From contig PKYN01000018.1 in the NCBI GenBank assembly GCA_003132665.1, positions 41,022 through 105,021 on the forward strand: DNA of 64,000 nucleotides, in the 5' to 3' direction. This DNA is from Actinomycetota bacterium (GTDB lineage: Bacteria; Actinomycetota; Thermoleophilia; Gaiellales; Gaiellaceae). The notes under the pieces were generated by a model. The model was not told where the DNA came from and did no database searches. It saw only the letters and a program-made list of their open reading frames with translations. The first letter of the stretch is position 1; each line of letters opens with the position of its first letter. The translations under genes and the position numbers were made by a program. Shown in pieces: positions 31,303 through 39,993 of the stretch.

Positions 31303-31355
31303 AAGGGGCCGAGGGGCCGGTACGAGGGCTGACACGACTACCGCGAAGTATCCGG

Positions 31356-32045
31356 TTACTTCGCCTTCGGATCCTTGCCGCCCCAGGCGCCGATCGAGAC
31401 GAGGCGCTCGCGAAAGCCGGTCTCGTCCATGATCGCCTGCATCTCTTCGACCGCCTGCTCGGACGGATACATGTCGCCGAGCCCCAGCTCCTCGCGAATA
31501 TCGTCGCGGTTGGCGATGAATTCCTTCCACTTCGGGCCGAAGGCCTCCGACATGTCGGCGAAGAAGACGCCCGGCGTACCGCCCATGCCCTTGTCGTAGA
31601 ACTGTTCGCCCCAGGCCGCGAACATCTCGACGTGCTTGATGCCGTAGCCCTGCTCGACCTGAATCGAGCGGATGATCTGGTTGATGCAGGCGACCGAGTT
31701 GCCGCGCGGGCAGCGGGCCTGGCAGGTGTAGCAGGAGAAGCAGTACCAGAGCACGTCGTCCGTGAGCAGCGTCGGGTCGCCCTCCAGGGCGCGGCGGGCG
31801 ATCTCACGCGGCGAGTACTCGGTGAAGCGGGCGGCCGGGCAGCCCGAGGTGCAGATACCGCACTGGATGCAGGAGAGGAAGCCCTCCTTATGGTCGTGCA
31901 TGCGCGGGTCGTTGGCGATGCGGTCGACCAGCTCCTGGCGAGACGTGGGGCGCTCGCTGAACGAGTTGTCGGCGATGACCGAGTAGGGGTTCGGCTTTTT
32001 CTCGCTGTTCGTCTTCTTCTTCTCGTCAGTCATCGGCTTCTCCAT
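31356..32045 (-). CDS. HdrC-like iron-sulfur protein (two 4Fe-4S motifs)
   Basis: CIQCGICTSGCP and CFSCYTCQARCP (CxxCxxCxxxCP twice), with HdrC-like spacing. Confidence 0.8.
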   Translation of the reverse strand: MEKPMTDEKKKTNSEKKPNPYSVIADNSFSERPTSRQELVDRIANDPRMHDHKEGFLSCIQCGICTSGCPAARFTEYSPREIARRALEGDPTLLTDDVLWYCFSCYTCQARCPRGNSVACINQIIRSIQVEQGYGIKHVEMFAAWGEQFYDKGMGGTPGVFFADMSEAFGPKWKEFIANRDDIREELGLGDMYPSEQAVEEMQAIMDETGFRERLVSIGAWGGKDPKAK

Positions 32046-33186
32046 CGGCAGTGGTCGCGGCCGGCGCAGCGGCCTGGAAGAACTCGGGCCAGTAATAGAC
32101 GTGAACCTTCGCCTTGGCGCCGCGCACGGCCGAGCGCACGTTGTCGCGGCAGAGCAGGCAGGGCGTGACGATCGGCGCCTCGTTCTCCGCGGCGAAGGCG
32201 ATCAGGTTGCCGACCGCCTCGGTCGGCCCGCGGAACATGGCGCCCAGGGCGCCGCAGCAGCCCGCGTGCAGGCCGGGGTAGGAGGTCACCATCTCGGCTC
32301 CGGCGAGCTCGGCCGCGCCGGCCAGCGACTCGAGCGCCGTCTCGCGATCGGTCAGGCAGCCGACGTAGGGAACGAAACGCGGCGCGGCGGCCACCAGCTT
32401 GCGATCCTCGCGGCGAGCGTGCTCGACCAGCGCCTGCCAGACGGGCACGGTCTCGATCTCGACTTCCTGCAAGCTGTAGTCGCAGGCCGGGCAAACGGTG
32501 AAGACCGCGCTGTCGGTCTCGAGCTTGGCCGGGATTTTCCCGCGCGAGCCGTGCCCGCAGCAGCCGGCGCCCTCCTGCTCGGCGAGCGGGAAGCCGAGCT
32601 CGCGCGCCACACGAGCGGTGGCGTGGAAGGCCTCCTTGTCTTGCTGCAGCGAGCAACCGGCGTAGAACGGCTTCGGCTCCGTGCCTTCGACGGTCAGGCG
32701 CGGCGTGCGGCGCACCTTGCCGCTCGCCATCTTGACGCCCATCGTCGCGGTCGCGACGAGGTCGCTGGGGATGAAGCCGCGCGACACCATCGCCGTGCCG
32801 AAGAGCATGTTGTCGATCTTTCCTTTGCGCGAAAGGCGCTTGGTCGCGATCTCGGCCACCTTGCGCTCGGGACAGCGAACGCCGCCGTACTCCATCTGCA
32901 GACGGCGCACCGCGCCCATCATCCCGGCCACGTCGACCTCCATCGGGCAGGCCTCGGTGCAGGCCTGGCACTCGCTGCAGCGCCAGACGTCCTCGCACTC
33001 GAGCAGCTTCTCGACGTCCTGCGAGAGGATCAATCGCACCACCCGGCGCGGGCCGAGAGCGAGCTCGAAGCCGTTCGGACAGGCGCCGATGCATTGGCCG
33101 CACTGCAGGCACTGTCGGCAAGCGACCTCGAGCTCGCGGACGGCTGCGCGCGCCTGTTCAGGCACCTGCGTGGACACAGCCCTCAC
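32026..33186 (-). CDS. HdrC/HdrB fusion protein (2x 4Fe-4S plus two CCG cysteine-rich domains)
   Basis: N-terminal CLQCGQCIGACP and CSECQACTEACP. C-terminal CCG motifs GAGCCGHG and HAGCCGALG. Confidence 0.8.
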   Translation of the reverse strand: MRAVSTQVPEQARAAVRELEVACRQCLQCGQCIGACPNGFELALGPRRVVRLILSQDVEKLLECEDVWRCSECQACTEACPMEVDVAGMMGAVRRLQMEYGGVRCPERKVAEIATKRLSRKGKIDNMLFGTAMVSRGFIPSDLVATATMGVKMASGKVRRTPRLTVEGTEPKPFYAGCSLQQDKEAFHATARVARELGFPLAEQEGAGCCGHGSRGKIPAKLETDSAVFTVCPACDYSLQEVEIETVPVWQALVEHARREDRKLVAAAPRFVPYVGCLTDRETALESLAGAAELAGAEMVTSYPGLHAGCCGALGAMFRGPTEAVGNLIAFAAENEAPIVTPCLLCRDNVRSAVRGAKAKVHVYYWPEFFQAAAPAATTADGEADD

Positions 33187-35575
33187 CTCCCGCGCAGGGA
33201 ACGCTTCCCGCCCGCTTCAGCTCGAGGCTGGCCCGGTAGGCCTCTTCGTTTCCCTCGGAGCGGGCGCAGAAAAGGCGAATCCGCCGGCCGACCGTGTGCC
33301 GGTCGACGGCGCAGAGATGCCACAGCTCGAGCGGAATCGGCGTTTCGGCCTCTTCCAGCAGCTCGCGCGCCAGCTCGATCTGCTCCGCGGCCGAGAGGTC
33401 GCCCTTGCGGTACTGGCAGCGATCCTCCGCGCAGCCGGCCAGGAAGACGCCCGCCGCGCCGAGTCGCGCCGCTTCGACGATGTGCAGGGCGCTGATCCTG
33501 CCCAAGCAGGGCAGCTCGATCAGGCGCACGTTGTCGGGATAGCGATCGTGGCGCAGCCCGCTCAGGCTGATCGCGGCGCCGGCGCACTCCTTGCAGTAGA
33601 AGCCGACGACGGGCCGCTCGACGCCAGCCGTCATCGTGCGCAGGCGGCCGAACAGCGCCTCGTCCGAAAGATTGTGCGTGATCGCCAGCTCGGGGCACTT
33701 GGCCGCGCAGATTCCACAGCCGCGGCAGGCCTCCTCGTCGATCACGGCCAGCTTGCCGTCGTCGCGCACCTCGAGCGGGCGGGCGGCGCCGGCAGGGCGA
33801 TCGATCAGGCTGATCGCGCCGAACGGGCAGGCGGCCTGGCAGGTGTCGCAGCCGACGCAGCTGGCCGCATCCACGACCGAGGCCGGCACGGCCTTGCGCC
33901 CGGCCGAGGCGAGGAAGTTGTGGATCTCGCTGGCCACCGCCGAGGCCTCGGTGTTGCACTCCACCAGCGCCTTCGGCCCGGCCGCCGAGCCGCAGACGAA
34001 GACGCCCTCGGCGCTCGTCTCGGTGGCCCGGTTCTTGCGGTCGAGAATCGCGATGAAGCCGTCCTCGTCGAGATCGACGCCGAGCACGCCGGCGATGCGC
34101 CCGGTATCGGGCACCGGCACCATCCCGACCGAGAGCACGACCAGGTCGGGGCGCAGGATCTTCTTCTCGGCCGCGGTCACGTCCTCGACCTCGATCACCG
34201 GCTTACCCTCGGCGTCGAACTGCACCTGCGACGGCGTCCCGCGCAGAAACTCGACTCCCGCGCGGCGCGCGGCGAGGAACCAGTTCTCGTAGCCCACCCC
34301 GGCGGCTCGCATCTCCAGGTAGCAGATCGTCACCTTCATCTCCGGGAAGAGCGTGCGCATGCGAATCGCGTGCTTGAGCGCGATCATGCAGCAGATGCGC
34401 GAGCAGTAGGGCAGGCGGCGCCGGTCGCGCGAGCCCGCGCACTGAATCATCACGACCTCCTTGACCGGCTGGCGACCGAGCCAGGCGGCCTCCTCCCACT
34501 CGTCCATCAGCTCGGCGAGGTCGGTCTGGGTGACGACGCCTTCATGCCCGTGCCCTAGGTGCTCGACCAGGTGCGCGGGCGCCGGCTCGCAGCCGACCGC
34601 GGTCAGGATCGCGCCCGCGTTCACGGTCACGAGCTCGGGCGACTGGCTGAAGTCGATCGCGTCCGTCGGGCAGGCCTCGGCGCAGGCGCCGCAGAAGGTG
34701 CAGGCCTCCAGGTCGACCGTGCGCTGAACCCGGCCGTCGTAGAACTCGCTGAAGATCGCCTTGCCGCCGGCCTCTTCGCTGGCGACCTGGCAGACCTCCT
34801 CGCAGACGCCGCAGTTGACGCAGTCCTGCGTGACGATATTCGGCAGCTGGCGCAGCGAGACCTGGTAGTCGCCGGGGCGGCCCGCGACCGATTCGACGCT
34901 GGTTCGGCGCCAGATGTTCATGTTCGGGTTGTCGATCGCGACGTTTCTGTGGAAGCACTTCCGCACGCCCGCCTGGGCGTCGGTCGTCGGCAGGCACTGG
35001 CCGCAGTCGTTGGTGGGAAAGACGGTGCCGATGCGCGCCGCGCGACCGCCCAGGAAGGGACGGCGCTCGACCAGCTCGACGCGGTGACCCATCTGCGCCA
35101 GCTCGGCTGCGGCCTGGGTGCCCGAGACGCCGCCGCCGATCACCAGCACCGAGTCGACTTTGCGCTCGCGCACCAGCTTGTCGTCGTGCGCGCCGGGAAA
35201 CTCGATCGCCGCCTCGACGATGCGCCTCGCCTTGTCGGTCACGGCTTGGCCGTCGCCGTCGTGAACCCAGGAGCAGCCTTCGCGGATGTCGGCCACCTCC
35301 AGCCGCAACCCGCGCTCGAACAGGCGGTGGAAGCGGCGGTTGGCGAAATCCTGCGAGCAGCCTGCGAAGACGAGCGGGCGATCCCCGTCCGACTCCATCA
35401 GCTCGAGCAGACGCGCCTGACCCTGGCGGTTGCACCAGACGGGCGAGCGCTCGATCTCGGCCGCGCCGGCGAAAGCCTCCTCGAGCCGCGCGAAATCGAT
35501 GTTCTCGGCCATCGTTCCGGCGCACTCGCAAAGAAGAACGCGCGGCGTCGTCCCGTTGACTGTGGGCTCGCTCAT
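33158..35575 (-). CDS. HdrA-like FAD/FeS oxidoreductase fused to a C-terminal MvhD-like domain
   Basis: Start MSEPTVNGTTPRVLLCECAG (ATGA overlap with the upstream ferredoxin). VLVIGGGVSGTQAAAELAQMGHRVELVERRPFLGGR dinucleotide fold and FPTNDCGQC. Several CxxCxxCxxxCP motifs. C-terminal VVGFYCKECAGAA...LPCLGRISALHIVEA...AGCAEDRCQYRKG is MvhD-like. Confidence 0.85.
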   Translation of the reverse strand: MSEPTVNGTTPRVLLCECAGTMAENIDFARLEEAFAGAAEIERSPVWCNRQGQARLLELMESDGDRPLVFAGCSQDFANRRFHRLFERGLRLEVADIREGCSWVHDGDGQAVTDKARRIVEAAIEFPGAHDDKLVRERKVDSVLVIGGGVSGTQAAAELAQMGHRVELVERRPFLGGRAARIGTVFPTNDCGQCLPTTDAQAGVRKCFHRNVAIDNPNMNIWRRTSVESVAGRPGDYQVSLRQLPNIVTQDCVNCGVCEEVCQVASEEAGGKAIFSEFYDGRVQRTVDLEACTFCGACAEACPTDAIDFSQSPELVTVNAGAILTAVGCEPAPAHLVEHLGHGHEGVVTQTDLAELMDEWEEAAWLGRQPVKEVVMIQCAGSRDRRRLPYCSRICCMIALKHAIRMRTLFPEMKVTICYLEMRAAGVGYENWFLAARRAGVEFLRGTPSQVQFDAEGKPVIEVEDVTAAEKKILRPDLVVLSVGMVPVPDTGRIAGVLGVDLDEDGFIAILDRKNRATETSAEGVFVCGSAAGPKALVECNTEASAVASEIHNFLASAGRKAVPASVVDAASCVGCDTCQAACPFGAISLIDRPAGAARPLEVRDDGKLAVIDEEACRGCGICAAKCPELAITHNLSDEALFGRLRTMTAGVERPVVGFYCKECAGAAISLSGLRHDRYPDNVRLIELPCLGRISALHIVEAARLGAAGVFLAGCAEDRCQYRKGDLSAAEQIELARELLEEAETPIPLELWHLCAVDRHTVGRRIRLFCARSEGNEEAYRASLELKRAGSVPCAGGEGCVHAGA

Positions 35576-36018
35576 GCCACGGCCTCCCCTCGGCGAGCGC
35601 GGGCGTCTGCCGCGATCTCCTCGGCCGAGACCGGCAGCGCCTCGACGGCCCCGGTCGGACAGATTCGGGCGCAGGCGCCGCAACCGATGCACTTCTCGGC
35701 GTCGTAGACGATCGAGCGGAAGGAGCTGACCCGCGCCGGTACCTCGATCGGCTGCGAAGGCTGATGGCGCGCGATCTTGCGCAGCGCCGAGCCGAGCGCG
35801 CCGCGGCGGCTGTCCGGCGGCGCCGCAAAGAGCTGCATCGGGTCGAACAGGCCGCCCGCCCGGGTCGCGCCGGTCGGGCAGGCCGACGCGCAGCGGGCGC
35901 AGCCGATGCAAAGCTCCTCGTGCCGGACGATCTCGCAGCCGATCGAGCCCGTGCTGGCGCGCGGCGCCGCGGCCGGGAGCCGGTCGAAGATCGCTTCGCC
36001 TCTGGCGGTCAGTGGCAC
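35572..36018 (-). CDS. 4Fe-4S dicluster ferredoxin-domain protein
   Basis: CIGCARCASACP and CIGCGACARICP. GTG start preceded by ggagg. It lies in a different frame from the rejected N-terminal extension of the 961-aa ORF. Confidence 0.7.
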   Translation of the reverse strand: MPLTARGEAIFDRLPAAAPRASTGSIGCEIVRHEELCIGCARCASACPTGATRAGGLFDPMQLFAAPPDSRRGALGSALRKIARHQPSQPIEVPARVSSFRSIVYDAEKCIGCGACARICPTGAVEALPVSAEEIAADARARRGEAVA

Positions 36019-36190
36019 CGCGGGCGACCTCCGTCGTGAGCACGGTCTTGCTCTGCCGAGCGAAAATCGAGCAGGCCTAGGACGCAGGGAGCATTCGTAT
36101 CGAAGGAGATACGGATGCGACTGAGGACAACCGCATGCGAAGGTTTGCAGCCGGTCGAGCTGATCGTGTTTGCGACGGAGGTCACGACCA

Positions 36191-36625
36191 TCACTTCCGT
36201 TGCAGTGGTGGCAGGTTGGAGATCGTCTCGTGCATCTTTCGCGCCGCTTCGACGAACTTGGGCGAGTCGGCGGCGCTCATCGTGAACATCCGCACGCGCT
36301 CGGGCTCGACGCCCACCGACTCGAGCAGCGCGCGGGCGAACTCGATCCGGTCGAGCGCGTACAGGTTGCCCTCGCGGTAGTGGCACTGGCCAACCAGGCA
36401 GCCGGCGATGTAGACGCCGTCGGCGCCGTCGGCGAGAGCTTTGAGCAGGTGGAGCGGGCTGACCCTTCCCGTGCAGGGCACCAGCACGCTGCGGATCGTG
36501 GGCGGCAGCGAGACGCGGGCGTTGCCCGTTGCGTCGGCGGCGGCGTAGGCGCACTCGCGGCAGAAGAAGCCGACGATCTTGCGCTCGGCGCCCTCCGCCT
36601 CGGGCAGCTCGATCCGCTCTTCCAT
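36191..36625 (-). CDS. MvhD-like (methyl-viologen-reducing hydrogenase delta subunit family) protein
   Basis: KIVGFFCRECAYAAADA...VPCTGRVSPLHLLKALADGADGVYIAGCLVGQCHYREGN. An alternative GTG start at 36640 overlaps the upstream stop (GTGA). Confidence 0.8.
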   Translation of the reverse strand: MEERIELPEAEGAERKIVGFFCRECAYAAADATGNARVSLPPTIRSVLVPCTGRVSPLHLLKALADGADGVYIAGCLVGQCHYREGNLYALDRIEFARALLESVGVEPERVRMFTMSAADSPKFVEAARKMHETISNLPPLQRK

Positions 36626-36636
36626 GACGGTGTCTG

Positions 36637-39600
36637 TCACACCATCACCTCGGCCAGGATCTCCTCGTCGGAGAAGCCGCCCAGCGTCATCGCGCCGGAG
36701 GGACATTCGGCGGCGCAGATGCCGCAACCGCGACAGGAGTTGGCGTCGACGACGGCGTGCGGCGAATCGCCGGCGGTCAGCGCGACGGCGCTCTGCGGAC
36801 AGATTTCCTCACAGATACCGCAGCCGATGCACTGCTCGACGTCGGAGGAGGCGACCTGAGCCGGAGTCAGCACGTAGCCGGCCGAGAGCATCGAGACGAC
36901 CCGTGACGCCGCGGCCTTGGCCTGGGCGATCGTGTCGGGAATCGATTTTGGCCCCTGCGCCGTACCGGCGACGAAGATTCCGGCCCGCTGGGTGTCGACC
37001 GGGCGCAGCTTGGGGTGGTACTCCTTGATGAAGCCGGCCGAGCCTTGCTGCAGGCCCGCGACATGCGCGATCTCGGTCGTCCCGCTCGAGGCCTCGAGGC
37101 CCGCCGCGAGCACGACCAGGTCGAACAGCTCCTCGTTCTTGCGCCGGGTGATGGTGTCCTCGAAGCGAACGAGCAGGCTCTTGTCGGGCTCTTCCAGGAT
37201 CTCGCCGGCGCGGCTGCGCACGTAGCGCACGCCGCGCTCCTGAACGAGCCGGTAGTACTCCTCGTGGGACTTGCCCGGCGCGCGCAGGTCGGTGTAGCCG
37301 ATCGTGACGTCGGCGTCGGGGTAGTGCTGCTTGATCAGCGAGGCGTGCAGCGTCGCAAAGAGGCAGCAGATGGCCGAGCAGTGCTCGTTGCCCGAGGAGG
37401 TGCAGTCGCGCGAGCCGACGCACTGGAGCATGAAGATCTTCTTCGGGACGGCGCCGTCGGAGGGACGCTTCAGCTCGCCGGCGGTCGGGCCCGAGGGGGC
37501 GAGCAGGCGCGCCAGCTGGCTGTGCGTTACGACGTTGTCGAAGCGGCCGAAGCCGAGCGGTCGCTTGCGCCGCGCATCGAACTCCTTGTGCCCGGTGGCG
37601 ACGATGATCGCGCCGACGGCCAGCTCTTCGATCGTCTCGACCTGGTCGAGCTCGATCGCGCCGGCCGGACAGGCCCGCACGCACGACTCGCACCCCGAGC
37701 AGACGGCGCAGTTGAGGCAGCGGTTCGCCTCGGCGATCGCCTGCTCTTCGCTGTACGCGCCGACGACCTCTTCCCAGGAGCCGCGGCGCTCGGCGCCGGA
37801 GCGAAGCGGAACTGCAGTGCGCTGCCCGACCTCGGCGGCGGCCAGCTCATCGGCGTCGGGACGAGCCTCGACATCCTTCGCCGGCCAGACCTCGAGCAGC
37901 GCCTCGGCGCGCAGGAAGTTGTGAATCGAGCGGGCAGCACGACTTCCGGCCGCCACCGCCTCGATCGCCGTCCAGCCTCCGGTCGCCGCCGCGTCGCCGC
38001 CGGCGAACACTCCGGTCTTCTTCGTCATCAGCGTGTCCGGATCGATCTGGATCTGGCTCCCCGCGATCTCCACGCCCTCGCAGCCCTGGAGGAAGTCGGC
38101 GACGATGTCCTGGCCGATCGCGAAGACGACGTTGTCGGCCTCCAGCTCGCTGAAGTCGCCGTCGATCGGGACGGGACGACGCCGGCCCGACGAGTCGGGC
38201 TCGCCCAGCTCGCAGCGCTGCAACTTGAGCGCCGAGAGGCGTCCCTCCTTACCGACGATCTCCAGCGGCGCAACCAAAAACTCAACTTTCAAGCCTTCCT
38301 CGATCGCCTGCTCGATCTCCTCGTCGAGCGCCGGCATCTCCTCGCGCGTCCTGCGATAGGCGAGCGTGACGTCGGGCTCGCGACCCGAGCTCTTCTGTAA
38401 CCGGATGGCGCTGCGAGCCGCGTCAAGCGCCACGTCCCCGCCGCCGATGACCACGACGCGGTCGCCGACCTGAACCTGCTCGCCCAGGTTGAGCCGGCGC
38501 AGGAACTCGACCGCGCGCAGCGTTCCCTCGAGCTCCGCGCCCGGAATCTCGACCTCGCTCGATTTCTGCAGGCCGACGGCCAGGAAGGCAGCGCCGTAGC
38601 CGTCGGCGAGTAGTCCGTCGATCGTGAAGTCCTTGCCGGCCCGCTGACCGGTCTCGATCTCCACGCCGAGCGCGGCGATCTGATCGATCTCGCGCCCCAG
38701 CACGTCCTTCGGCAGCCGGTAGTCGGGGATGCCCGTCTTGAGCATGCCGCCGGCGACCGGCAGCGCCTCGAAGACGGTGGTCTGGTAGCCGAGCTTGGCC
38801 AGGTCGCGGGCGCAGGTGAGCCCGGCCGGACCGGCGCCGACGATCGCCACCTTCTCGGAATGGACGAGCGGCGCCTTCTCGACGACCGTCTCGGGACCGA
38901 CGCGGTCGGCGACGAAGCGCTTCAGCGCGGCGATCGCGATCGGCTCGTCAACCTCGCCGCGGACGCAGGCGCTTTCGCAGGGATGCGTGCAGATTCGGCC
39001 GCAAACAGAGGGGAAGGGATTGGGCTCCGAGGCGACGCGATAGGCCTCGTCGAAGCGAGCTTCGGCGACGAGCGCCACGTAGCCGCTCGCCGATGTCCCG
39101 GCCGGACAAGCCGACTTGCAGGGCGCTTGTCCGCGCTTGTCGATCGCGTAGAGCGAGGGCACCGCGTTGGCGAACGGGCGCGAGATCGCCTTGCGCTTGG
39201 CAACGCCCAGCTCGAACTCACTCGAGACCGAAACCGGGCAGGCGGGAGTGCAGTCGTCGCAACCGACACAGGCCTCGCTGACGAAGCGCGGCCGCTGGCG
39301 CAGCTTGACCCGGAACTCGCCGGGCGGGCCCGAGATCTCGGTCACGTCGGTGAGCGTGCGAATGTGGATGCGCGGCTCGAGCGCGGCGCCCGTGAGCTGT
39401 GGCGCCAGCGAGCACATTGCGCAGTCCTCGGTCGGGAAGGTCTTGGAGAGCCGGGCCATGTAGCCGCCGAGTGACTGCTCGCGCTCGACCAGGTGCACGT
39501 CGATTCCGGCTCCCGCCAGCTCCTCGGCGGCGGTGATGCCGGCGATGCCGCCGCCCACGACCAGCGCCGAACGATGCAGGAAGGTGCGGCCGCGCGGCAG

Positions 39601-39993
39601 GTCCGACTGGAAGCCGGCCCGGGCAACCGCCGCAGCGACGATCTTCTCGGCCTTGCGCTGAGCCTTGGCCGGCTCGTCGCGGTGGATGAACGAGCAGCCC
39701 TCGCGCAGGTTGGCAAAGGCGACCGCGTTCTCGCCCAGCCTCAGCTCACGCGCGATGCGCTCGAAGGTCGGGCCCTGGAAGCGGCGTGAGCAAGCGCCGA
39801 TGACGATGCGATCGAGCCCGCGATCCTCGACCGCCTGCTCGATCAGGCGGCGCCCTTCGGTGCCGCACATGAACTGGTTGCGCGAGATCGAGACGACACC
39901 GCCCGAGCCCCTGGTCGCGTCGGCCAGCGAGTCGAGGTCGAGTACGCCCGAAATGTTGCCTCCGCACTCGCACAGGAAGACTCCGCAGCGCAT
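36637..39993 (-). CDS. Large HdrA-like protein with an inserted GltD/NfnB-like NAD(P)H-binding module (HdrL-like architecture)
   Basis: Start MRCGVFLCECGG. HdrA blocks: VVGGGIAGITAAEELAGAGIDVHLVE, FPTEDCAMC, FMLQCVGSRD. Internal GltD-like blocks: NPFPSVCGRICTHPCESAC and VAIVGAGPAGLTCARDLAKLGYQTTVFEALPVAGGMLKTGIPDYRLP. Two C-terminal 4Fe-4S motifs. Confidence 0.85.
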   Translation of the reverse strand: MRCGVFLCECGGNISGVLDLDSLADATRGSGGVVSISRNQFMCGTEGRRLIEQAVEDRGLDRIVIGACSRRFQGPTFERIARELRLGENAVAFANLREGCSFIHRDEPAKAQRKAEKIVAAAVARAGFQSDLPRGRTFLHRSALVVGGGIAGITAAEELAGAGIDVHLVEREQSLGGYMARLSKTFPTEDCAMCSLAPQLTGAALEPRIHIRTLTDVTEISGPPGEFRVKLRQRPRFVSEACVGCDDCTPACPVSVSSEFELGVAKRKAISRPFANAVPSLYAIDKRGQAPCKSACPAGTSASGYVALVAEARFDEAYRVASEPNPFPSVCGRICTHPCESACVRGEVDEPIAIAALKRFVADRVGPETVVEKAPLVHSEKVAIVGAGPAGLTCARDLAKLGYQTTVFEALPVAGGMLKTGIPDYRLPKDVLGREIDQIAALGVEIETGQRAGKDFTIDGLLADGYGAAFLAVGLQKSSEVEIPGAELEGTLRAVEFLRRLNLGEQVQVGDRVVVIGGGDVALDAARSAIRLQKSSGREPDVTLAYRRTREEMPALDEEIEQAIEEGLKVEFLVAPLEIVGKEGRLSALKLQRCELGEPDSSGRRRPVPIDGDFSELEADNVVFAIGQDIVADFLQGCEGVEIAGSQIQIDPDTLMTKKTGVFAGGDAAATGGWTAIEAVAAGSRAARSIHNFLRAEALLEVWPAKDVEARPDADELAAAEVGQRTAVPLRSGAERRGSWEEVVGAYSEEQAIAEANRCLNCAVCSGCESCVRACPAGAIELDQVETIEELAVGAIIVATGHKEFDARRKRPLGFGRFDNVVTHSQLARLLAPSGPTAGELKRPSDGAVPKKIFMLQCVGSRDCTSSGNEHCSAICCLFATLHASLIKQHYPDADVTIGYTDLRAPGKSHEEYYRLVQERGVRYVRSRAGEILEEPDKSLLVRFEDTITRRKNEELFDLVVLAAGLEASSGTTEIAHVAGLQQGSAGFIKEYHPKLRPVDTQRAGIFVAGTAQGPKSIPDTIAQAKAAASRVVSMLSAGYVLTPAQVASSDVEQCIGCGICEEICPQSAVALTAGDSPHAVVDANSCRGCGICAAECPSGAMTLGGFSDEEILAEVMV

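Noticed and set aside
35576-36043. N-terminal 156 codons of the 961-aa ORF (33158-36043)
   Set aside because: The extension is an Arg/Gly/Pro-rich string that overlaps, in another frame, a well-formed 2x[4Fe-4S] ferredoxin gene. The HdrA-like protein starts convincingly at MSEPTV...VLLCECAG (35575) with an ATGA overlap.
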